NCBI GenBank assembly: GCA_963841435.1 | Contig: CAWJCS010000004.1 | Coordinates: 192,001 to 256,000 of the forward strand | Length of the DNA stretch: 64,000 nt | Direction of reading: 5' to 3' | DNA from: an uncultured delta proteobacterium | GTDB taxonomy: Bacteria > Myxococcota_A > Polyangia > Polyangiales > Polyangiaceae | Shown: piece by piece, positions 1 through 8,984 of the stretch | Numbering within the stretch: position 1 is the stretch's first letter | Layout of the letters: each line of letters opens with the position of its first letter | Program-made: the position numbers and the translations under genes | The notes under the pieces: generated by a model | Seen by the model: only the letters and a program-made list of their open reading frames with translations | Told to the model about the DNA's origin: nothing | Databases searched by the model: none

Positions 1-1119
1 GCCGGCATCACCCGTCCGTTCGATCGGAGGGCTCTCGTGAGGGTGCTCGGCGAGGCCACGCGGGGTCGGGGCGCGGAGGTGCGCATGCAGGCGAGCGCCT
101 GGCTGCCCGGCTACCTGCTCGGCCCCTTTCGCTACGAAGGCACGCGCGCCGATGATCCCAACGACGTGATCCCCCACGAAGATCGGCGCGACCTCCGGGG
201 CGCACGGCTGCTCGCGGCCTGGATCAATCATTTCGACGCGCGTGAGCAAAACACGATGGATTCGTGGATCGCCATCGATCCGCGCGAGAAGGACTCGTCG
301 CCCGGCTTCGTGCGCCACTACTACCTCGACACGAGCGACTCGTTCGGTAGCGAATGGGACGACGACGCCATCTCGCGTCGGCTCGGCAATTCGTACGTGC
401 TCGACTTCGGCGACATCGGCACCGATTTCGTGACCTTCGGTGCGCGAGACGCACCGTGGGATCGCGCGCATCGCACGCCGGGCTTGGCTGATTTCGGCTA
501 CTTCAACGCCGACGACTTCGACCCCGAGGGGTGGAAGAACGAATACCCGAACCCTGCCTTCAGTCGTGCCACCGAGCACGACAACGCCTGGATGGCGCGC
601 ATCCTCGCCCACTTCGAGCATGACGACATCCGCACGCTGGTTTCGCTCGGACGCTTCTCGTCACCGGAGAAGAGCGACTTTCTCAGCCAGGTGCTCGAGC
701 GGCGCCTCGAGCTCATCCTCGAGCGATACTTGCTGGTGCTCTCCCCGCTCGCCGACGCCAACATGGAGAGCGACAACGTGCTCGCCTTGACCGACTGGGC
801 TCGCCGTCGAACCGTGCGTCCGGAGCGAGCCTTCAGCTACCGCGCCGTGATCCAGCGGGCGAGCGGCGCCTCCGCGCTTTCCGTGCAGGCCGACGGGGGG
901 GGCATGGTGCGCCTGATTCTACCCCACGGCGTTTTTTCCCCGAACGTCCCCGCCAACGACGCCACTCGCTACGTCGTCCTGACCATCGACGACGGCGTGG
1001 CGCGTTACCCGTTGCAGGTGCACCTGTACGACCTCGGCGCCGGGCGAGGCTTCGTGCTCGTTGGCATCGAGCGCCCCACCGAACGGTTCGACGAGCTCGT
1101 CCGAGCCTCCTCTGGCTGA
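1..1119 (+). CDS. 5'-truncated conserved hypothetical protein with atypical kinase-like motifs
   Basis: Frame is open from base 1 with strong GC3 bias. Motifs AWINHFDAREQN and YYLDTSDSFG resemble the catalytic-loop and DxG motifs of HipA/CotH/Fam20-type kinases. Confidence 0.7.
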   Translation, partial: AGITRPFDRRALVRVLGEATRGRGAEVRMQASAWLPGYLLGPFRYEGTRADDPNDVIPHEDRRDLRGARLLAAWINHFDAREQNTMDSWIAIDPREKDSSPGFVRHYYLDTSDSFGSEWDDDAISRRLGNSYVLDFGDIGTDFVTFGARDAPWDRAHRTPGLADFGYFNADDFDPEGWKNEYPNPAFSRATEHDNAWMARILAHFEHDDIRTLVSLGRFSSPEKSDFLSQVLERRLELILERYLLVLSPLADANMESDNVLALTDWARRRTVRPERAFSYRAVIQRASGASALSVQADGGGMVRLILPHGVFSPNVPANDATRYVVLTIDDGVARYPLQVHLYDLGAGRGFVLVGIERPTERFDELVRASSG

Positions 1120-1180
1120 GCCCGGGCCTGGCATCGCGAGCCACTAGCGCCCGCCAAGGGAAGTTAGTACGTCGCCTTTC

Positions 1181-1351
1181 ATGAAGCTTGCGCGTCGTAT
1201 CGGTCTTGGCTTTCTCGCGAGCCCGATTTCTCCGATGCCGTGGAACAGCTTCGCCAAGCTCGACGAGGACGATCTCCGGGCCATCTATCGCTACCTCCGC
1301 AGCTTGCCGAAGGTCTCGAACGACATGGGGCCGTCGCTCGTGGAGCACTAG
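1181..1351 (+). pseudogene. 56-aa remnant resembling the C-terminal helix of a c-type cytochrome
   Basis: Hand translation MKLARRIGLGFLASPISPMPWNSFAKLDEDDLRAIYRYLRSLPKVSNDMGPSLVEH*. Has the MP..DL.AIY.YL.SL cytochrome c tail but no CxxCH. Confidence 0.5.
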
Positions 1352-1358
1352 CGTTTCC

Positions 1359-1995
1359 GTGGCAGAAACGGAATCGAGCGTCCGCGGGCCCGTTCGGCGT
1401 TTCGTCGTGGTCGGGCAGACGGCGAAGGCGTCCGGCGATTTTTCGACGGAGGATTTGCCGAGCTCGGGAGGGCGTATCAACGTCCTCATCCGGTGTCTGC
1501 GCGCGGCGCTGTTGGTCTCCCACGGCGTTCGGCGCGACGTCATCGCGTATCTCGTGCTTCGTGGCGGGGAGCGCGCCCCACGCGTCTTGCGCCTCGCCGG
1601 CAAGGACGCTCAATTCTTGCGCCCCGACGAGCGCAGCCTGGCGCTGCTCGTGAAGAAGGCGCTCGGCAGGGAAATCCCGAGCAGCGGGTCCGCGTTCGTC
1701 GAGTTGAAGCCGGGACTTTCGATCGCCGACGGGGACATCGAGTGCGTGCTCGCCGAGGCACCGGACGCCACGCCCTACTGCCTTGGCGAGGAGGGGAGCG
1801 AGCTGCGCGACGAACCGCTCGATGGTGCGGACTTGCTCTTCGTTCTCGGCGATCATCTCGGCCTGGACGCACGAACTCGGGCTCGGCTCGATGCGCTCGG
1901 GTGCCGCGTCGCCCGCGTGGGGCCCGTCAGTCTGCACAGCGACAACGTCGTGACCCTCGTCAACAACGAGAATCGACCGCCGAACAGCGCGTTGA
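1359..1995 (+). CDS. trmY: tRNA pseudouridine-54 N1-methyltransferase TrmY-like SPOUT protein (apparent +1 frameshift near 1971)
   Basis: Motifs RRFVVVG..A...GDFS..DLP..GGR..VL.RC, LRPDERS, FVLGDHLG and GPVSLH....TLVNNE. Removing one A at 1971-1972 gives the expected end NNEIDRR and a TGA at 1993-1995. Confidence 0.8.
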
Positions 1996-2079
1996 CGCGC
2001 CGGTCGGCGCTCGGGCGCTCGGTCACGGTACGATGTGCCGCGGGCTCGGTCGGGTGGGTCGAGCGTCGGGTTGACGCTT

Positions 2080-3572
2080 GAGCGGCAACGTCGCCGGCGG
2101 CGCGCCGTGCCGCCGGCAAGCACGAAAAGGCCGGCTCCGAACGCGAAGAGGGCCGGCGCCGAAGAGCGTGCCTGCGTGAGCGAGCAGCCGCGGCTCTTCG
2201 CGGGAAGCACCACGATCGGAGGCTCGTCGGCGGGCGCGCCGCCGTTCCTGGAGGGCTCCCCGACGGCGGCGGCCGTGCCCCCCGTGGTGTCGCCGGCCGT
2301 GCCGCCCCCAACCGGCCCCTTTCCCGAGTCGCCTTGCGCAGGGTTGCCTCCCGCACCGTCGCCTCCGTTCTCACTTGAGCCGGATGCTGCACCGCCGCCG
2401 TTCGTGCCACCGCTGCCGCCGGTCGCGCCGCTCAGCTCGAGGGGCGCGCAGTGGATGCCGAGACACTGCTCGCCCGGGGGGCAGAGCTCGCCGTCGTCAA
2501 CCTCCCCGTTACAGTCGTCGTCGAGGCCGTTGCACGTCTCCGCGAGCGGCGTGCCGGGGACGCAGTCGTCGGGATTGCAGGTCGGGCTTTCCCGCGCGCA
2601 GCGGCCTTCGCCGCAGCGCGGGCGCACGGAGTCCTCGTCAACCAGGCCGTCGCAGTCGTCGTCGAAGAGATTGCAGACCTCCTCCGCGCCTGGATTCCGC
2701 GTTGGGTCGGTCGGTGCGCAATCGCCGGGCTCGTCCGCGTAGCCCGCGAGCGGCAGGCAGCCGACGATGGGTGTGCCCGGAATCGTGTCGTAGTAGCCGT
2801 CGCCGTCCGGATCCGGGTACAGCGTCTCCGGCATCGCGTCTTCGTCAACCTCGCCGTCGCAGTCGTCGTCCTTGCCGTTGCAGCGCTCGGGCGCGCCGGG
2901 GTACACGCTCTTGTAAAGGTCGTCGCAGTCGTCGTCGAGCTCCGAGTAACCAGGGGGCGGCGGTTGATCGGCGCAGGCGACGAGGGTGCCAAAGTCCATC
3001 GTGCTCACGTCTGTCGCGCCCTGGTCCCGCGTGCCGTGGCCGTCGCCGTCGATGTCGAAATAGAAGAGCTTCGGCTCGCAGCCCCAGGTGAAGTTGACGT
3101 AGCCGCTGCCCGGAGCGTCGCCCGTGTTCCGGTCGTTGTTGTTTCCGGCAACGAAGAAGGCGCCGAGCACCACGGCGCCCGGATCGGTCGGCGCGGTCCA
3201 GGTGAAGTTGAAAGTGACCGTGTCGCCCACGGCGGCTTTCGGCGACGATTGGGTGAGCGCGCCGCCGGCGAGCGTGAGTCCCTGCCCGGCGCTCGTCCCG
3301 AGCGTCCCGAGGTCCGGCTTGGGAACGTAGATGCCGCCGACCTGGATGCCGGGCCACGTGATCGTCGCGGCGAACTTCACGACGTCGCCCGGCTCGACAG
3401 GATCGCGGTCCGGCGTGAGCGTGATCGTCGACCCGCCGTTCTGCGCGTGGCACCCCGTGCAGCCTGGAGCCTGGATGCCGTTCCGGCGCGCGGCCGCGGG
3501 CCCTGCGAGCAGGCACGCAAGCGTGAAGGACAGGAGCGCCGCGAGGCGTGAGGCTCCCGGATTGGGATTCAT
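2080..3572 (-). CDS. secreted/surface protein: CxxCH + reeler-like domain, Cys/Asp metal-binding (MopE-like) repeats, Gly-rich linker, MYXO-CTERM-like anchor (3' end uncertain)
   Basis: Signal peptide, GCTGCH, repeated DCDD...PGA.E.CNG.DDDCDG.VDE, then SRGCSL + hydrophobic helix + RRRRR. No in-frame stop right after the anchor. Confidence 0.75.
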
Positions 3573-3683
3573 GGTCAAGCGCGTAATGCCCGCCGAGCCC
3601 GATCTGGTATCGCAACCCGGAGCGTCGCGCTCTTTCAATGCGAGAGAAGGGTGCGCTGCGTGCCGAATCGCGCAGTGCCATCG

Positions 3684-3706
3684 AAAAAGTACGGCGCAGC
3701 GCGCCG
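3684..3706 (-). terminator. possible intrinsic terminator for the protease operon
   Basis: Minus strand reads CGGCGC-GCT-GCGCCG followed by TACTTTTT, about 75 bp after the stop at 3781. Confidence 0.4.
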
Positions 3707-3780
3707 ATTGCGCTCGATCCTCACGTGACGCGACGGCACCGCGACCGCTCGAGGCCCAACCGCATGGCGCGGGCGCGGCA

Positions 3781-4716
3781 CTAACGGGTCAGTGACGCGC
3801 CAAGTGTCGTCAGGACTACCCCGAGGTGGCACGCGATGCCGACCTCGCCCACGAGCGGGTCGGTGCCGCCGGCGCAATGCAATCCCACACCGCGCGTGGT
3901 GCCTTCGACGTAGTAGAGCGAGCCGGAGTCTCCCGGGGCGCAGAGGTCGGGCCTTTGGGGATTGTCGTGGTGTGGCACGACGCGAAAGCCGGTCACCCCA
4001 CTCGGTAGGTCCGGATAAAAGTACGTTCCGAGCCCTTCGACGCGACCGCGCGTGGTCAGCGTGGTCCGCCCCGTTTTCACGACGCGCATTCCCCGCGCGG
4101 CGTCGGCCGCCTCGTCGATGATGATTCCGCTGCTGAACATGGCGAGCGTCGAGGCGCGTCGGCCTTCGAGCTTCGCGAGCGCAGCGTCGCCCCAGAAGCC
4201 CGGCAGCGGAGCCCGGAAAAGCGTTGCCACCCTATCGCCGCTCACCGTACCTCCGTCGAAGCGAGCGGGTTGAAGGATCGGGTCTCCTTCCTGGGCGCTC
4301 GGGCCGGCGAGGACGTGAAAGGAGCTCAGGATGCAGCGCGCTCCGCTTTCCTCGTCGAACACGACGAGCCCGAGCGTCCCGGCCTTGGCCTTCGGGTTGC
4401 CGACGCTGATGCCGGGTCGTACGGGGTCGAAGCGGCCGGAGGGAAACAGCGGCGTGCCGTGGCGCGCGTAGCGCACGGCGATGACGTCGGTCGGGACACC
4501 GAGAAAGTCCGCCGGGATGCGCTCCGAGCGAGTGAGCTCCCGCTCGCGGAGCTTGTCTTTTACGTGAACCCTAATCGCGAGCCGTCGGGTTCGCTTTCTT
4601 CCAACGTACTTCGGCCCGATGTCCACGCCGGTCACGTCCGGACGCGCGGCGAGCACCGCTAGCGCGTGCGCGTACGCCTGCTCGAGCGTCGCCCGCCGCT
4701 TCTTCGGTTTCGTCAT
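3781..4716 (-). CDS. trypsin-like (S1) serine protease with Nal1-like N-terminal domain
   Basis: Triad motifs SSFHVL, GDAALAKL and GDSGS. N-terminal DVTGVDIG.K...AIRVHV..K...IP..FLGVPTDV. Confidence 0.8.
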   Translation of the reverse strand: MTKPKKRRATLEQAYAHALAVLAARPDVTGVDIGPKYVGRKRTRRLAIRVHVKDKLRERELTRSERIPADFLGVPTDVIAVRYARHGTPLFPSGRFDPVRPGISVGNPKAKAGTLGLVVFDEESGARCILSSFHVLAGPSAQEGDPILQPARFDGGTVSGDRVATLFRAPLPGFWGDAALAKLEGRRASTLAMFSSGIIIDEAADAARGMRVVKTGRTTLTTRGRVEGLGTYFYPDLPSGVTGFRVVPHHDNPQRPDLCAPGDSGSLYYVEGTTRGVGLHCAGGTDPLVGEVGIACHLGVVLTTLGASLTR

Positions 4717-6413
4717 TGGTGAGCGAGCTCCATGACGGGAACGTCAACGGCCAAGAAGCCGCCGAAGTGCCAGGCCGAGCGTGGCCCAGCCAACGTCCGT
4801 CGCAGGGCCGGGACGTAGTCGACGCCCGCGCCGAGCACGAAGGGCGCCTTGAACGGCGCGAAGACGAGATAGCCACCGGGGCCGAAAAGCTGCGCCCAAG
4901 TGATGTCGGGAGTGACCTCGACCTCGGTCAGGCTCGCGTCGTCCTTTTCCGCGAATCGGACACTGGCGACGCTGCCGACATCGATGACCTTGCCGAACAC
5001 CCCGAGGCGGGCGACACCGAGGGAAACCGACCACTCGAGCCCGAGTGCCAGCACGGGCGCCGCCGCGAGACTCGACGGCGCGTTGCCCTGGACGACCTCG
5101 TAGGCGAGGGAGCCGCCGGCGTAACCCTGCAGCGTGAACGTCCACGTGTCCTGGAACTTGCGCCGCCAGCTGCCAATCGGCTCCGCCAGACGGTTCAACG
5201 CCGCCTGGACGTCGCCGCTCGACTTCGCATCGGCGATGTCTGCGCCGATGCTCAGGAGCAAGCGGACTTTCTCGTCCTTTCGGCAATCTTGCTCCGGATC
5301 CTTGCAAAGCAAAAGCGGGCCGAGCTCGTCCGCCGACGTTGCGGCGGACACGACTCCCACCCAGTCGTGGTTCCAGGTTGCCGTGGCGACCTCGGCGAGC
5401 TCGTCGAGCAGGGTCTCGTGCTTGCCGCGCTCAACGTCTCCGGTTTGCTCGAGCATGACCTTCGCCAATTCCACGGCATCGCTTGCGACGGTGCTCCTCG
5501 CTTCCTTGACCTGGGACGCGGTTTTCGCCGTGTAAAGCTGCTGAATTGCCAGGTAGAGCTCGGTGGCGGCGCCGTTCAACGGAGCCGCGGACGTGTCGAT
5601 GGCTTTTTCGAGCTTGGTCCACGTGCGAGCACACTCTTGGACCGACGAGAGTGCGGAGTATTGCTTCAAGAGAGCGAGTCCGGCCGAGGCGGGGCTCGTG
5701 ACGATCTCTTCGACCTTGATCCGCGCCCGCAGCGCTTGCGTGATCGCGACGCCGAGGTCCACGGCGCAGAGCGCGCGCGTGGTTGACGCGAGACGCCTTC
5801 GCGCTGCCGGAGCTTGCTCGCCAGCGTGATCCTTTACCCGATCGTAGACCGACCTTAGTAGATGCCCGGGCACTTCTCGGAGATCGCGCTCTACCGTGCG
5901 CTTGAGAAGGCCGAGCCCCACCGGGTTTGCTCCCTCGTCCTGACCTTCGAGAAGGTCGCACGTTTTCGGCATGATCTTGGCGCCCTCCGCGCTGCATAGC
6001 CGCGCAAACAGCTCGACCGTGGCAAACGCGGAGACCTCCTGCTCGGCGCGCTCGGTGAGAAAATCGCCGACACCCTGCGCGACCATCGTTGCGCTCAGCC
6101 CCTGCTCTTCGACCCCACAGTCGCACGACGGTGCGGGCGCTGGAGCGACGGGCGCGGATGCCGGTGAAAGCCCGGGCGCGGCGGTTCCTCCGGCCGCCGC
6201 GGCGCTCTCTCCGGCGACGGGCGGCGCCTCGGACGGCGTCGGTGTCGGTGCAGTCGGCGGCGCCGCAGCTGCGAGCTCGCCGGACGCGCCGGACGTGCCC
6301 GGCTCGGTTGGCGCGCTCGGCCCCTGGCCGGCTGCTTTCGCCTTCTGTCCCCACGCCGTGGCAGGCGAAACAAGCACGAGCGCACCCATCATGAGGATGA
6401 TCCGAAGTTTCAC
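4713..6413 (-). CDS. secreted hypothetical protein: helical middle region, beta-rich C-terminus
   Basis: GTG start, signal peptide KLRIILMMGALVLVSPATAWG, Pro/Ala linker. The stop overlaps the protease start (ATGA). Confidence 0.7.
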   Translation of the reverse strand: MKLRIILMMGALVLVSPATAWGQKAKAAGQGPSAPTEPGTSGASGELAAAAPPTAPTPTPSEAPPVAGESAAAAGGTAAPGLSPASAPVAPAPAPSCDCGVEEQGLSATMVAQGVGDFLTERAEQEVSAFATVELFARLCSAEGAKIMPKTCDLLEGQDEGANPVGLGLLKRTVERDLREVPGHLLRSVYDRVKDHAGEQAPAARRRLASTTRALCAVDLGVAITQALRARIKVEEIVTSPASAGLALLKQYSALSSVQECARTWTKLEKAIDTSAAPLNGAATELYLAIQQLYTAKTASQVKEARSTVASDAVELAKVMLEQTGDVERGKHETLLDELAEVATATWNHDWVGVVSAATSADELGPLLLCKDPEQDCRKDEKVRLLLSIGADIADAKSSGDVQAALNRLAEPIGSWRRKFQDTWTFTLQGYAGGSLAYEVVQGNAPSSLAAAPVLALGLEWSVSLGVARLGVFGKVIDVGSVASVRFAEKDDASLTEVEVTPDITWAQLFGPGGYLVFAPFKAPFVLGAGVDYVPALRRTLAGPRSAWHFGGFLAVDVPVMELAHQ

Positions 6414-6583
6414 GGTTGGTTTCCCCTTGTCCCCGAAGATTCGCGGTGTGTGAAGACGCGCGACCGTCACTTGGGCGGCCGCGGGAGAAAATAGGGAATT
6501 TGTGCGAGGTCGGAATGCTGGCGCGCCCGCGCTCGCCGAGCCCCGCCAAGGCCCCGCGACGCAGGTGCGTCCGCGCGGCGGGC

Positions 6584-7594
6584 CTACCGGCGGCCGTCTC
6601 GCGACGGCAGGAGCAGGCGGGTGACACGCCGGGGAAGGTCGGCCAGCGCGGGGGCGTCGTGGAGCAGCGGACCGAGCGGGGCGGCGGACAGGGTGTGCCA
6701 GTAGAGAATGGAGCGGGGCGACGGCGGGCTCTCGTTTCTCACGAGGTCGAGCACGCACGCGAAGGTCTTCGCCGTGTAGGTCGAGTCGAGCTCGAGCCCG
6801 AGCTCGTCTCGTGCCAGCGCGAGCGCGCGCTCGGAGGCAGGCGCCGAGCGGCCGTAGCCGGGGCCGACGAAGCGCCAATCCCAGACGAGATGCTCCGCGA
6901 GGGCGCGTGCCGGCGCCGAAGCGTCGAGTCTTCGCAGCGTGCGCCGCGCGAGCCCGAGGAGCATGAAGCGAGTGAGAGGGTTCTCGAGTACGGGCACGCC
7001 GACGACGCGACTCTTCAGACCGTGGTGGACGACACCCGCGAGGATGCCGGCGCACGTCCCCCCGCTCCCCACGGGGACGACGATGAGATCCGGCTCCGGC
7101 AGCGTGCCGCGCCGTACGTCTTCGACGAGCTCGGCGACGGCGTCGGCGCAGGCGAGGGCGCCAACGACATTCGATGCGCCGGGCGGCACGATGACATCAC
7201 CGAAGTTGTGGGCTCGGAGCGCGGCGAGGAGTGCGCCGAAGGGTCCGTGCGCGGGGAACACTTCGACGCCCGCGGCGATCGAGGCGCGCAGGGTGTCCTC
7301 GACGTGTGGCGTCGCGACCTGCGGCATCAGCACGGCCGCGACACGGATGCCCGCCTCGCGCGCGAACAGGCCCATCGTGAGCACGTGGTGACTGCCGGCC
7401 GTGCCGAACGTGAGGATGCGCTGCTTCTGACGGTTCGCCGCGAGCTTCACGATGCGCTCGGCCTTGCGCACCTTGTTGCCGCCGTACACGGGGTGCGTGA
7501 GCCCGTCGTTCTTCACGAAGACCCGCACCGAGCCCGCCTCGAGCGATGAACAGCGCACGATTGGCGTGGGATAGGTGGGTGGCGAAAATGGCAT
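6584..7594 (-). CDS. PLP-dependent D-cysteine desulfhydrase / ACC deaminase family
   Basis: KNDG....YGGNKVRK, GSHH, VPVGSGGT.AG, LDSTYTAK, YWHT. Confidence 0.85.
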   Translation of the reverse strand: MPFSPPTYPTPIVRCSSLEAGSVRVFVKNDGLTHPVYGGNKVRKAERIVKLAANRQKQRILTFGTAGSHHVLTMGLFAREAGIRVAAVLMPQVATPHVEDTLRASIAAGVEVFPAHGPFGALLAALRAHNFGDVIVPPGASNVVGALACADAVAELVEDVRRGTLPEPDLIVVPVGSGGTCAGILAGVVHHGLKSRVVGVPVLENPLTRFMLLGLARRTLRRLDASAPARALAEHLVWDWRFVGPGYGRSAPASERALALARDELGLELDSTYTAKTFACVLDLVRNESPPSPRSILYWHTLSAAPLGPLLHDAPALADLPRRVTRLLLPSRDGRR

Positions 7595-7745
7595 GATGCA
7601 CAGTCAATCCATCCGGGCGTGCCGGCAGCGAGGCGGCTCGGCCCGGGAGCGCTCGTTCTACTCCCATCCGCCTGCCCAGGTGCCGTAGGTCCCCTAAATC
7701 CCAAACCCCGAAACCGATCGGCCTCGTCGGGGCGTATTCATTGCC

Positions 7746-8493
7746 GTGACCCCGAGGAGCACGCCCGGCCTTCGGTCATGGACGCTTTCGGTGTCACTTT
7801 CGAGCGCTTTGCTCGGGTTGGCCCCGCCGGCGCGTGCCTGCGGCGTTTCTGCCAGCGGCGTCGCTTCGTGCAACCTCGCCGAGCACGAAGAGGCGGTTCG
7901 CCCCCGCTGGGCAGTCGGCGCGAGCGGCATCTACACGGACACGTCCCTCAGGTTCCCCGACGGGGTACGCGCCCGGCAGACTCGCTACGCAGCGCTTGCC
8001 GCCCTTGGCACCATGCCGAGCAGGGATGTCGTGTTGCAGGCTGCCGTCGGGGCCACCTTTTCAGGCTCTCTAATGCTTCCCGATGGCGAGCACGAGCTCT
8101 CTCCCGGTCCGATCGCCGCGCTCGGCGCCGACTACCGTGTGTTCGACGATGGGCGTTTCTTCTCAATCGTCTCGGCCACGTTCTCGTTCTCGTCGGCGCG
8201 GAGCCGCTTCGCGAGCGAGCCCTCGGTGAGCTACACGGCGTTCGACCTCCGGCTCGGGGGTACCTTCGGCGTCAACATTGCCGACCGCGTTCGTCCCTAC
8301 GCTCTCGCGCGCGTGTTCGGCGGCCCGGTTCTCTTTCGCTACCTCGGCGAGTCCGTCACCGGAACCGACGCGCATCACTTTCGAAATCGGCGGAGGCGCC
8401 GGCCTGACCCTCACGCGGCGCTTCAGTCTGTTCGCCGAAGGCGTGCCTCTCGGCGAGCGGGCCGTCGTCGTTGGCTTGGGCGCGACACTCTGA
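7746..8493 (+). CDS. exported beta-barrel-like protein (apparent +1 frameshift near 8380)
   Basis: Signal peptide followed by ACG...C and alternating beta strands. Continues in another frame as FEIGGGAGL...VGLGATL*. Confidence 0.6.
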
Positions 8494-8509
8494 GCTCGCG
8501 TCGGGCGCG

Positions 8510-8770
8510 TCACGCTTCGTCCGGCTTCAGCGTGCGCACGAAATCGGTGAGCTTCTCGTTGGAGAGCAGGCGCTTGGCAAACTCGGCGAGCAAGCTGCGA
8601 TCCTCGGCGTCTCCGCATTCCCAAGCCGCAATGATCGCGGCAAGCTGCCCCGCCTCCGCCTTGGTCAGATGACTCACGGCGAGGCTCGTGTCACGAATCG
8701 TCACGCCCGACGGCCGGCGGGCGCGCGCGATGGTCGGCTCCTCGTCGTCCTCGTCACGCACCCGTGACAT
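8510..8770 (-). CDS. small hypothetical protein
   Basis: MSRVRDEDDEEPT...LKPDEA, 86 aa, coding-like codon usage. Confidence 0.55.
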   Translation of the reverse strand: MSRVRDEDDEEPTIARARRPSGVTIRDTSLAVSHLTKAEAGQLAAIIAAWECGDAEDRSLLAEFAKRLLSNEKLTDFVRTLKPDEA

Positions 8771-8984
8771 CTGGACGACGGAGGCGAAAGGCCTGCCCGC
8801 AACCCACCCCCCGAGAGTGTTCGAGTGGTCGATGCACCGGGCGGTCGGGCGACGCAAGAATTGCAATTCGCCAGCGCGCACTTCTGCTCTTCCTGCTGAC
8901 GCCTGAGCAGCGAACGGTGCTCGCCGAGCGGCCTGCCTGCCCGGGTGAAGACCCCCAGCGACGGCGACGATTGACCCGAGGCGT

